DNA of 64,000 bases from the NCBI GenBank assembly GCA_010015585.1, contig ML975151.1; one strand, given 5' to 3'. The stretch comes from Eremomyces bilateralis CBS 781.70. Taxonomy: Eukaryota. Both the position numbers and the translations under genes were made by a program. The notes below the pieces were generated by a model that was not told where the DNA came from, searched no databases, and saw only the letters and a program-made list of their open reading frames with translations. This document shows positions 22,710 to 33,388 of the stretch, piece after piece (positions within the stretch are counted from its first letter, which is position 1; each line of letters opens with the position of its first letter).

Positions 22710-25280
22710 ATGGCTTCCACGGAGGCGAAAAATCGATTCCAAAAACTGAAATTACGGACCACGAGCTCACGATCCCCCGCGCATTCCACCCATTCTCTTC
22801 TCTCCGCCCTCGGTAGAGAGTCTCAGCCGTCCAGCGGTAACTCCACGCCCGGCTCCGAGCGAGCGAACTTGACCCATCGTGACTCGCTGAGCCACGATGC
22901 TTTGAACCAGAAAGATGGCACGACAGATGGACGAGACGGGAGTAACAGGCCACCGTTGGTTGTGGAGTCGTGGGGAAGTCATGCCCCGGATACCGACGCC
23001 GAAGCGTCGAAACGGTTTGCCTCGCAAGACGACCTGGAGCGAGAAACGCACCGTAGAGACGATGGGACATATCCTGATGGGGTTCACTCGGCTCCGCAGA
23101 TGCGTGGACAGGCGATCCGATTTGATAGTCAAGTACGGCTGGAGAATGGGAACACAGCCTCGATGAACTCCCTTCGACCTCACGGACTTGAAACATTCGA
23201 GGAAGAATCTACCCATCCTTCTAGAGAATACGGCATCGACATACCACACGATGAAACGAGCCTAGGGTCAAGCATCACCCCTCGACCACAGCAAGAAAAC
23301 GGTGGTGCCGCGAACCCCTTCGGCCGTCCAGGCTTCCGTTCCCAAAACCGCTCCGCTGGTCGCCGCCGTCCTCAGTATCCCTATCGTCCCGACACTGGCG
23401 CCACGACCGATGACCTCGAAAGCATCGACGCCGTCGCATCTCTCACCTCCGCGGAAACCGCCTCTCCCCATCTCTCCGAAGCACGCACCCCCGTCGAACC
23501 GCCAACGGACCTTTACCTCTCCGCTGGTCCGACGTCCCCGCAAGCCATTAACAACTCCCCTCTCGAATTCTCCCCCCGCGCGCCCTTCCCATGGCCCTCC
23601 CGCAGCTCCGTCTCCAACTCGCGCCGCTCGCGCGCCAACCAGTACGACTGCGACCCCCACACCGGGGCGTCTGGCCTCAGCTCCATGGCCGGTTCCCAAC
23701 CCTTCTCCCGCCGCACCTCCCGCCGCTCATCCACCCGCTCCAGCGCCTCCCCCGCGCTAAACTACCTCGCCAAATGGTCCATGGCCGAAGCCCCGCGGGC
23801 GCCGGCGCCCGACGACGAGGGACAGGAGATCGGGCAGCACAGCGAGTACATCATCGGGCGGACAATCGGCTCGGGCGGGTTCAGCGTGGTCAAGGAGGTG
23901 TACACGATCGAGGCCGGGGTGCAGGTGCGTCGCGCGGTGAAGATCGTGAAGAAGTTCGTCGAGGCCAAGTCTGAGGCGGAGAACGAGCGGCTGCAGGCCG
24001 AGTTCGACCATGAGATCTCCATCTGGCGCTATCTGAAGCATCCGAACATCTTGCCGCTCGTCGAGGCGTGGGATACCCCGTTCGCGACGTTCTGCATCAC
24101 GGAGCTGCTGGATGGCGGCACCTTGTTCGACTTGGTGAGACGATACCGGAAGGCGAGTAGTAGCAACCTAGGCCCGGCATCCCAGCCGCCACATAACCCG
24201 TACGCCGGATACGGCGCGAAGAAAGCCACAGCAAGCACCACGTCCCCACTCTCCCCGAACACCTTCCCCCCAAGCCACCCACTCTCCACCGCCACCCCAA
24301 GCACAACAACCACTACCACCCTCCCGAAATCCCACGGCCTCCCCCCCCACCTTGCCCGACGCTACATCCACCAACTCGCCCTCTCCCTCCGCTACCTCCA
24401 CGAAGACGTCCGCGTCGTCCACCGTGACGTCAAGCTCGAGAACTGTCTCCTCGACTTCGCTTCGCGCCCCACCGACAGCCACTCCTCCCACCCCGGACCG
24501 ATCGACCCCTCCCCTTCGTCCGTCTCCGCACCTGCCCAGGTCCCCAGCATCGCGAAGGCACAGACGGTGGCGGCGCGGGTGCTGCTCTGCGATTTCGGGA
24601 TGGCGGATTACATCACGTCCGAGGCGCGGCCGGAGTCTCGTGGGGTGTCGCCCGCGCGGTTCGACGGAGGTGGCAGCTGTAATGGCGGCGGATGCGGCGA
24701 GGGCGCTGCAAAAGCCGGCGCGGGTGGCCGACCGGCGCTGAATCCGAGGAATATCGGACCAGCGCTGCCGAGCACATTGATGACGCCCCCAACCCACCCC
24801 ACCAATCCTGCTCCCCGAGAGAGGACCGAAAAACCCTCCGACCACCACTCCGGCAATGGCTTCTTCCCCGCCTCCGCCTCCGCCTCCCTTCCGCCTCCTC
24901 CCACCGTCCAGCCCCCCGCACCCACGCACTCCAACACCTTCATCGGCTCCCTCCCCTACTCGGCCCCCGAGCTCATCTCCGCGACCCGCGTGCTGTACTC
25001 CCCGGCCGTCGACGTCTGGGCGCTAGGCGTATGCGCGTACGCGATCGTCACGGGGGAGTTGCCGTTCGCACATCCGGTGGAGGGGGTATTGGCGGGGTTG
25101 GTGGAGGAAGGGGTGTGGGATCGGGGGAAGATGGGGGAGAGTGTGAGGGATTGGGAGGGGGAAGGGAAGGGGGCCGGGGAGGAGGCGATGGGGTTGATTA
25201 GTGGGTGTTTGGAGAGGGATGTGGAGAGACGGTGGGATATTGGACGGGTGGTTGCGAGTCCTTGGTTTGAGGGGCTGTGA
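22710..25280 (+). CDS. Ser/Thr protein kinase, CAMK-like (Nnk1-like) with long disordered N-terminus and low-complexity inserts
   Basis: IGSGGFSVV, AVKIV, HEISIWRYLKHPNIL, HRDVKLEN, DFG, GSLPYSAPE and DVWALG. First plausible ATG is at 22710 (MASTEAK). Confidence 0.9.
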   Translation: MASTEAKNRFQKLKLRTTSSRSPAHSTHSLLSALGRESQPSSGNSTPGSERANLTHRDSLSHDALNQKDGTTDGRDGSNRPPLVVESWGSHAPDTDAEASKRFASQDDLERETHRRDDGTYPDGVHSAPQMRGQAIRFDSQVRLENGNTASMNSLRPHGLETFEEESTHPSREYGIDIPHDETSLGSSITPRPQQENGGAANPFGRPGFRSQNRSAGRRRPQYPYRPDTGATTDDLESIDAVASLTSAETASPHLSEARTPVEPPTDLYLSAGPTSPQAINNSPLEFSPRAPFPWPSRSSVSNSRRSRANQYDCDPHTGASGLSSMAGSQPFSRRTSRRSSTRSSASPALNYLAKWSMAEAPRAPAPDDEGQEIGQHSEYIIGRTIGSGGFSVVKEVYTIEAGVQVRRAVKIVKKFVEAKSEAENERLQAEFDHEISIWRYLKHPNILPLVEAWDTPFATFCITELLDGGTLFDLVRRYRKASSSNLGPASQPPHNPYAGYGAKKATASTTSPLSPNTFPPSHPLSTATPSTTTTTTLPKSHGLPPHLARRYIHQLALSLRYLHEDVRVVHRDVKLENCLLDFASRPTDSHSSHPGPIDPSPSSVSAPAQVPSIAKAQTVAARVLLCDFGMADYITSEARPESRGVSPARFDGGGSCNGGGCGEGAAKAGAGGRPALNPRNIGPALPSTLMTPPTHPTNPAPRERTEKPSDHHSGNGFFPASASASLPPPPTVQPPAPTHSNTFIGSLPYSAPELISATRVLYSPAVDVWALGVCAYAIVTGELPFAHPVEGVLAGLVEEGVWDRGKMGESVRDWEGEGKGAGEEAMGLISGCLERDVERRWDIGRVVASPWFEGL

Positions 25281-26179
25281 GTAGCTGTCCAACTCAGGTT
25301 CCCGCAAGGTCCCTACCCTGGATTTTCCTTGGAGTTCAATACCCCTGTCCCGCGCTATCTTTGGCGACGTCGTTTGGAAATCGGCGATGGCGGTGGAGGA
25401 TCGGGATGAGGCATGGCCGGGTGGGTTGGAGCGAGGGCGGCGGAATGGCGTTTTGGGATGGTTCGGGGCTATTTGTTGGACGGAAAGCGAAGATACCACT
25501 CATAAGTACTGTGTTTAGGTCAGGCGTTAAATCTATCATATTTAAACCGATGACGCGTTTTCGGTGGAGGTGTTGTACATGGTGGACGGCTGGGCGCGTG
25601 GATCATGGATTGGATCGTCCAGGACGGATATATTAGTGCGAGAGTGCTCATCACGGTGTATGAGCAAGGTAGCTTAGGGAACTTGCAATTCAATGTGACT
25701 ACTGTACTGTTAATTAGCGGAACGGATGGTGACACCGTCCACGACACCCAGCCAGTGAATTCTCGGGATTAACTCATTACGTCTTAACGCTGTAGCTCCT
25801 TCAATCCAACCTAAATATAACGGTAACATCAATGTAGGTACCGAGCCAAAAATCCAACCCAGCGTTAATCGTACTCCTCCCGCCCAATGCGCGGGGACTT
25901 GCAAATGTAGGGGTATCAGCGAATGAAAGAGCGTGCTAATAAGCAGCGGATGAATTCCACGAAAAAGAAGGGGTTGAGTAGGAAGAAAGCAGAAACTGAA
26001 AAGATCAACGAGCCGAATGACTCGATGATGGGATAGAACGCAAAGCAAATCCGGGCCACGCACAGGAGGCCAAACCGATAGAAGTGACAATGATAGTCCA
26101 CCAGCGATACAGAACCAGCAGCACCATGAATCGAAACCCTTGAACGGATGGAGTTTGGAGCTATGTTCCATCTCCCCTA

Positions 26180-27877
26180 TCACTTCCTCTCTCTCAACTC
26201 TCCATCCCCACCCTCTCCAACCAACCTCGCCCCGGACCCTCCGCCCCCAAGCAACGGCAGATTCTCCAAGCTCTTAATACTCTCCGCCTCGTGTTGCTCC
26301 CCCTGCTCCCCAACCATCATCGCATTCGCCGCCTCCAAGCTCTCCGGCCCCGGCGCCGCGCCCGTCGCGTCCGCAAAATCCGAGGTAACCGACTCGGCCG
26401 TCTCCCCCTTCCCCTCTTCCCCCGACTTCAACACCCCGCCATGGTTGTCTGGCAACGGCGCCGTACCACCCGGCGGCCCCTGCCGCTCCACCTCCTTCCT
26501 TAGCGCCTCCAGCTGCTTCTGAAACCGCCGCCCGAACACGTCAATGTAATACGTCGCGCCGTTGTAGATGCTCCAGCTGAACACGGCGGTGAGGAAGGCG
26601 ACGCTGGCCGCGCGGGAGCGGAACCATAGCGGGCACGGCATCATGGTTAACAGGGCGTACGCGTACTGGATGCCCATGAACGCGGGTTCCTGCAGCGGCT
26701 CGGGCAGCGCGAGCACGATGCGACCGATCCACGTGTCCGCGAACGAGCGCCGCAGCCAGGTGAAGGAGGTGGGGCGCCCCGCGGCGATCTTGGCCTTGCG
26801 GCGCACGGTGATGAAGAGGTGGTAGTTAAGTTGCCAGAAGAAGTAGGGGACGGAGGCCCAGCCTATCATAGAGGAGAGGGAGGGAGAGTGCGGGGCGGAG
26901 AGGAGGGCGTGGATAGCGGGGAAGCGGGCGGGGAGGAGGGCGCGGGGGTAGAGGTGGACGAGGCAGTGGAGGGTGACGCAGGGCATGATGTGGATGAAGA
27001 GACTGGAGGGGTTAGTGGGGGTCGAATGGGGGGAAGATAGGACTTACGTGGTGACCTTCTCGAGGGAGTGGAAGACAAGAGAGTTTCGCCACATCGCGAT
27101 GGCGATGGCGTTGTTCCCAAAAGCCAGGCAGAACGTGCTAATCATCAACCGTCGACTATTCGGGAAGACCCAGATGCTAAATACGACCAACAGGTTCACG
27201 AAGTAGCACAAGTCCACCAGGAAATAATGAAACTCCCTCTTCCGGTACGTATAGAACCGAATGGGCAGATAATACACCAGCTGCACCGTATACCACACAT
27301 GGAACCACTCCGGCCACGCCCCGAGCAAGTACCCCGACATAAAGATATTCAACACCGCCCCGATAAACGATACCTTCTCCCGCATCGTGATCGTCTTCGA
27401 GTCGTTCCACCGCCGACTCAACCGCTCCACCTGATCCCGCATCCGCCGTCGATACCGCTCCAGCTCATCCGGCGCCGTGCCGGGGATCCGCTTCCGCCAT
27501 TCGTCCACCTTATCCCGCGCAATCAGCCCCGTCGTCTTGAACCGCGCCTGCGACCGCCGACCGAGCTCGTGCGGCGTCAGCACCTCGAACGAGCTCTGCA
27601 GCCGTTGCGGCAGGGCGAGATTCTCGATGATGTCGAAGACGGTCAGTCGTTCGACGGGAGGGAAGTAGTCTTCGCCGAAGGCGGAGGTGCTCCCGGTGCG
27701 TGAGAGGCCGGGTGATGGGGGGGTGGAGGACATGGAAGCTGGAGCTGGGGCGGAGGCGGTTTCGGGGGAGAGGAAGGAAGGTGTGGTGAGGTTGTCAGGA
27801 GCGGAGGCGCTGAGGGGTTCGGTGGCGGAATCGGGAGGGTCATTGTCGCGTCGAGGAATGGGTATTGGGGCGCTCAT
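26180..27877 (-). CDS. GPC1: Glycerophosphocholine acyltransferase (DUF2838 family), 2 exons
   Basis: REKVSFI, FHYFLVDLCYFVN, AIAMWRNSLVFHSLEKVT|LFIHIMP, GRPTSF.WL and IYNGATYYIDVFG. Multi-pass membrane protein with one GT-AG intron. Confidence 0.92.
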
Positions 27878-28504
27878 TGCGGTAAATCGTTCCTGGGGAG
27901 AGTTTCCGTGGCTTGGTATAATAGGTGGTACCTATGACGGCATTCGGGGATTCCAAGAAACTGAAAGGGAGTTGGAAGATCCTCCGAATTCAGGTAAACA
28001 AGATATTGAGGAACGCGGAAGAAAGAGGAGGAGACAATGTGAGTGCTAGTATAAACGACTACAATCTATATCGACTCCAAATATCAGGTGAAGATGCGGT
28101 CACACGCGCAGACGCCCACCAGGGGTAGAATCTCGTAGGGTGCGATTAACTAAGGAGGCGCATGATAGGCAGCAAAGTTGTATATATAGGGAGAATAGTA
28201 GCAGTAGATCGGGCAGTAGGATCCCCCAAGGAAGACGTTCTCATGAGGTGAGGGGGGGATGTGGAGGATGGGATTATATAAATCTTCGATGTAGAGAGCA
28301 AGTCTGGAATTCATCAACAACGTGCTAGCGATGAGATCAGTGATAGGACGAGATGCCTTGGTGCCTGAGGTGGGTATGTTGCATGTGATGTGCGCACCTG
28401 ACCATCCCGCCAAAACGTGCACCGCCACATAAATGCCATAGCACCGCCACATAAACGCCTCAGGGTCTTGGCTCCCCCAGTGCTACTCCATGTCCACAGT
28501 TGCG

Positions 28505-28552
28505 ACGCGCCGCGTTTCTATCACCAGTGAAGAGTCCAGACGTGTCAACGCG
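28505..28552. promoter_or_regulatory. Cluster of MCB-like (ACGCG) elements upstream of SMC1
   Basis: ACGCG at 28505, CGCGT at 28511 and ACGCG at 28548, all within 130 bp of the SMC1 ATG. Cohesin genes are MBF targets in yeasts. Confidence 0.5.
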
Positions 28553-28629
28553 GCTTAAATCGGCGTATACAATGATTGCAACTCTGTAAACACTGCATGT
28601 AAAGAAGCGGGAATTGAAACTCAGCAACT

Positions 28630-31600
28630 ATGGGGAAACTCATCCGGTTGGAGCTCTTCAGTAAGTCATTTCCCATTGCATTGGACCCCTCCGGATACTA
28701 AGAGATATAGACTTCAAGTCCTATAAAGGGCATCATGTTATGCTATTCGGAGACTCGTACTTCACCTCGATCATCGGTCCAAATGGCTCGGGAAAGTCCA
28801 ATTCGTACGTTCATAGCTCGCATATCTCGTTTGCTCACACGTGTCTATGCTGACCATCATCTAGAATGGACGCGATATCCTTCGTCCTGGGAATCAAGTC
28901 GTCGCATCTGCGCTCAACACATCTCAAAGACCTCATTTACCGAGGCCGGGTCCTAAAACACGCGACGATCAACGCGGACGGCACCGCGACTGCCCCAGAG
29001 ACCAACGGCGCCCAAACCAATGGCCACACAAACGGCGACGTCGACGGCGAGCAGTTGACGGAAGGCAGCCAGCGGAATGATCCCACTAGCGCGTGGGTGA
29101 TGGCTGTCTACGAAGATGACGCCGGGGAAGAACAGCGATGGAAACGATCCATCACGTCCCAAGGCCAATCCGAGTATCGCATCAACAACCGAGTCGTCAC
29201 CGCGAAACAGTACAACGAGGCGCTGGAAACGGAGAACATCTTGATCAAGGCGCGCAATTTCCTGGTATTCCAGGGTGATGTAGAGGCGATTGCGAACCAG
29301 AATCCGCGGGATTTGACGCGCCTGATCGAGCAGATTTCGGGCAGTCTGGAGTATAAGGCCGACTATGAGCGCCTGAAGGCGGATGCCTATAAAGCTGCGG
29401 AGGAGCAAGGGTATATGCTCCATACGCGGCGTGGCATCAACTCGGAGATCCGACAATGGCAGAAAGAGAAGCAGGAGGCAGATGAGTTTGCCAAGAAGGC
29501 GTCTGACCGGGATGAAGCAGTTGTGCAGCATATCCTATGGAAGCTGTTCCATTACCAGCGTGTCATTGATGAGTCCACCGAAGAGATCCAGCGACAACAA
29601 GAAGAGCTCAAGGAATTTCGCCGCAAGAATCAAAGTTTCGAGGAATCTCTGGAGACTGCCCGACGTGAGCAAGCTAGAGCGTCGCGTGAAGTCTCCAAGA
29701 TTGAGAAAGAGATAAAGAAGGCGGAGAAAGATATCGAGGGAAAGCGGAATGATCTGGTGCCGATCGATGAGAAGATCAGCATCTCGACCCGTCAGCTAGA
29801 CAGCTACAAGACTCGCATCGAGGAGGTGTCGAAGCAGCGAGACAACCGTGCGCAACGCGTGGACCACATGACGAAGCAGCTTGAAACCGTTCAGAAGTCC
29901 CAGAAGAAATGGGAAGAGGAGTGGCAAGCGACCCAGCAACAACAGGGACGGCAGCTGTCGAGCGATGATTTGAAGCAGTACAATCAGATCCGCGGCGATG
30001 TCACGAAGCGCACCGCGGAGGCACAAACACAGGTGGATATCATCACACGGCAGATCAAAACGGATGAAGAGACCCTCAATAGCCTTCGAGGAAAGGTGGA
30101 GCAGCTCGAGGGTCAAGTCGGTCGATTCGAGTCGGAGATCGACGACCTCAAAACACGACATCATGACCTTGCCTCCCAAGCCAAAACCGCGCAGCGCGAC
30201 ATCGACGGAAAGAAGAAACAGTACAACAACCTCTCGTCGGAACGCGTGCGCAGTGCCAACCTGCAAACCGAACTGGAAGAAAAACTCCAGGGGATTCTGC
30301 GACGCCTAGCGGATGCCGACTATGGCAAGCACGAGTCCGAGAAAGAAGCGCGTGCAAAGCAAATCGTCGCAGATCTGAAGCGGATTTTCCCCGGTGTCCG
30401 AGGCCGTCTCCACGAGCTCTGTCGGCCAAAGCAAAAGAAATACGAAACTGCCATGGCAAGCGTGCTCGGACGGCATTTTGGCTCCGTGGTCGTCGATACC
30501 GAGAAGACCGCGCGGGATTGCATCGCGCATCTCCGCGAGCAGAGGCTGGGTCAAGCGACCTTCCTCCCGCTGGACTCCATCACCGTCCACACGGTCAACC
30601 CCGGCCTGAAGGGTATGCACAAGAAGATGCGTCTCGCCATCGACACGATCGAATACGACCACAAGAATGAGCGCGCGATGATGTACGGATGCGGCAACGC
30701 TATGGTCTGCGACGACCTCGACACCGCCCGCTATCTCTGCTTCGATAAGCGCGTCGATGCCAAAGCCGTCACCTTGGACGGCACCGTGATCCACAAAGGC
30801 GGTCTCATGACCGGTGGTCGCGGCCCGCAGGACCGCAACGCCAAGCGGTGGGAGGAGGCAGACCTCGAAAACCTCCGGATGACCAAAGACAAGATCCTGG
30901 CGGACATTGCGTCGCTACCGAAGCCGCGACGCAGCGAGGAGGAGCAGATCAGCAATGAGCTGTCGAGCTTGGAACATCGGCTGGAATACTTGAACGGGGA
31001 AACCAAGGCATACAAGCGGAACATCGCGTCGAAAGAAAAAGAGCTTGCCGACGCGAAACACCGGCTCAAAGAGACGCGTCCGAAATTCCAGGCGCAGGAC
31101 ACTAGCGTGTCGAACCTGAAAGCACGCTTGCAACAGCACCAGGACAAGATCTCCGCCGTCGAAGACGAGCTGTTCGCCGCTTTCTGCCAACGGCTCGGAT
31201 TCGACAACATCCGCGTGTACGAAGCGCAGCAAGGCACGCTGCAGCAAGAGGCGGCGCAGAAGAACTTCGAGTATTCCACTCAGCGCACCCGGCTGGAAAA
31301 CCAACTCCAATTCGAGACGGTCGACCTCCAGTCCCTAGACGAACGCGTGAAGAACCTCCACGCGTCCCTCAGCCGCGACGAGAACCTGATCGCGGAATTC
31401 GAGCACGCGAAGGCGCAGGTCGACAAGGAGATCCGGGCTCTGCAGAAGGCGCGGGACAAGCTCGGCAAGCAGATGGCGAGCCTAAAGGAGACGCAGGCAG
31501 AGAAAGTGCGCGAGGCGGCACGGGCGCGGGCGGAGCTGGCGGAGCAGACGAAGAGCGTGGAGCTCACGTTGAAGCGGGTGGCGGATCTGGAGGCGGAGAT

Positions 31601-32809
31601 CCAGCGGAACGCGTCGGGGCGGTATGCCTTGTTGCGGAAGTGTAAGATTGATGAGGTGAGGTTGCCGCTGGAGGAAGGGTCGATGCCGCTGGAGTCGCTG
31701 CCGCTGGATGATATCCTGCAGGCGGGCGGGGGGGCGGTGGAGGATGAGGATGAGATGGATATCGATGAGGGGAATGGTGCGCGGGATGGGGAGGTCGGAC
31801 TCGGGGCGGAGATCAGAGATTATGGGATTGAGATTGACTTTGACGAGCTTGATGAGGACCTGCAAGAGGTGAGTTCCATTTCCAGCCTTCTTTTCACGTT
31901 GATTCCCTCTTCCACCTTCATATTCCCTTAGATGCGCCCTTGCTAACGATCCAACTCTATCTAGGACGACTCCCCCAAAACCGAACAATCCCTCCTCGAC
32001 AAAATCAAATCCATGTCCACCGAACTCGACAAAATGGCTCCCAACATGCGTGCCACCGACCGCCTCGAGGAAGTCGAGTCGCGGCTCAAGAGCACCGAGA
32101 AGGACTTCGAGTCCGCGAGGCGGGCGGCCAAGCGTGCAAAGGACGACTTCGAGGACGTCAAGGACCGGCGCCTGGAGCTGTTCAACCGCGCGTTCAGCCA
32201 TATCTCGGACCAGATTGGGCCGGTGTATAAGGAGTTGACGAGGAGTCAGGCACTTCCGCTAGGCGGGCAAGCGTAAGTTCCCTTTTCCCCACTTCCCTCC
32301 CTACTGCCTCCTTCCTGTCCCATCGCGACTCTCACCCCACGCTTCAACCCACCCCCTAACGCACCCCAGCTACCTTGACACCGAAGACCCCGAGGAACCC
32401 TACCTCCAAGGCATCAAATACCACGCCATGCCTCCCCTCAAGCGCTTCCGCGACATGGAGCAGCTCTCCGGCGGTGAGAAGACCATGGCGGCCATGGCGC
32501 TGCTCTTCTCCATCCACTCGTTCCAGCCGTCGCCTTTCTTCGTGCTCGACGAGGTCGACGCCGCCCTCGACAACGCCAACGTCGCGAAGATCAGCAAGTA
32601 TATCCGCGACCATGCTGGGCCCGGGATGCAGTTCATTGTGATTTCGTTGAAGGCGGGGCTGTTTCAGGAGAGTGAGGCGTTGGTGGGGGTGATGCGGGAT
32701 CAGGGGGTGAATAGCAGTAGGGCGTTGACGCTAGATGTGAGTATTTGGATTGTGCGGTTTGGTGGATCAAGGCTGACCATCATCATAGTTGAGGAAGTAC
32801 ACGTCGTGA
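28630..32809 (+). CDS. SMC1: Cohesin subunit Smc1 (6 exons)
   Basis: MGKLIRLELFN|FKSY, Walker A GPNGSGKSN, ARNFLVFQGDVE, hinge (GQATFLPLD; VTLDGTVIHKGGLMTGG), MPPLKRFRDMEQLSGGEKT and Walker B FFVLDEVDAALD. Ends LD|LRKYTS*. Confidence 0.97.
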
Positions 32810-33388
32810 ATCGTGATATCCTCGTGATGAGCGAGTTTAGCATCGGCGTTTTTTGTGTTCTTCGTGCGATGGGGTTCGGATGTGGAATATGTGTAGATCA
32901 AGTCGGACGGCATTCTAGTGATCGCAGCCTGGCTTTCGGTGTGGGCCTCTCAATCTCGCCTGCGGTCGGTTTGAACATAGGCGGTAATTCGGAGGCTACA
33001 GATAGCGACCTGCACAAGTGGATCGAGCGGCTTCAATTCAATGGCTTCATGAATATGATCGGTTGAACAATTCTCTTCCCATTCGACGCAACCGTGGCAA
33101 ATCGCTATGTAATTAGAGCTTCGCTTGAACGATTCAATAGTAAAATGTTATTGATACACAATCTGGATGGATGGGTACCGCGTTTCATGTGGAATTTCCT
33201 TCACTTCCAGGTCAATTTCCCTCTCAACGCTGCAATGCCACGCCTCCTTTTCCTCTTCGAACTTCATCCCAACCCATAGATAGGCAAGCAACGTTTTTGT
33301 TTGACCGTAGACTCCAATCTCCAACCTCGAGAATCCCCCTCGATGTCCATTCTCTCAAATCAAATTCCTGCTATTAATCCTCCTGAAT

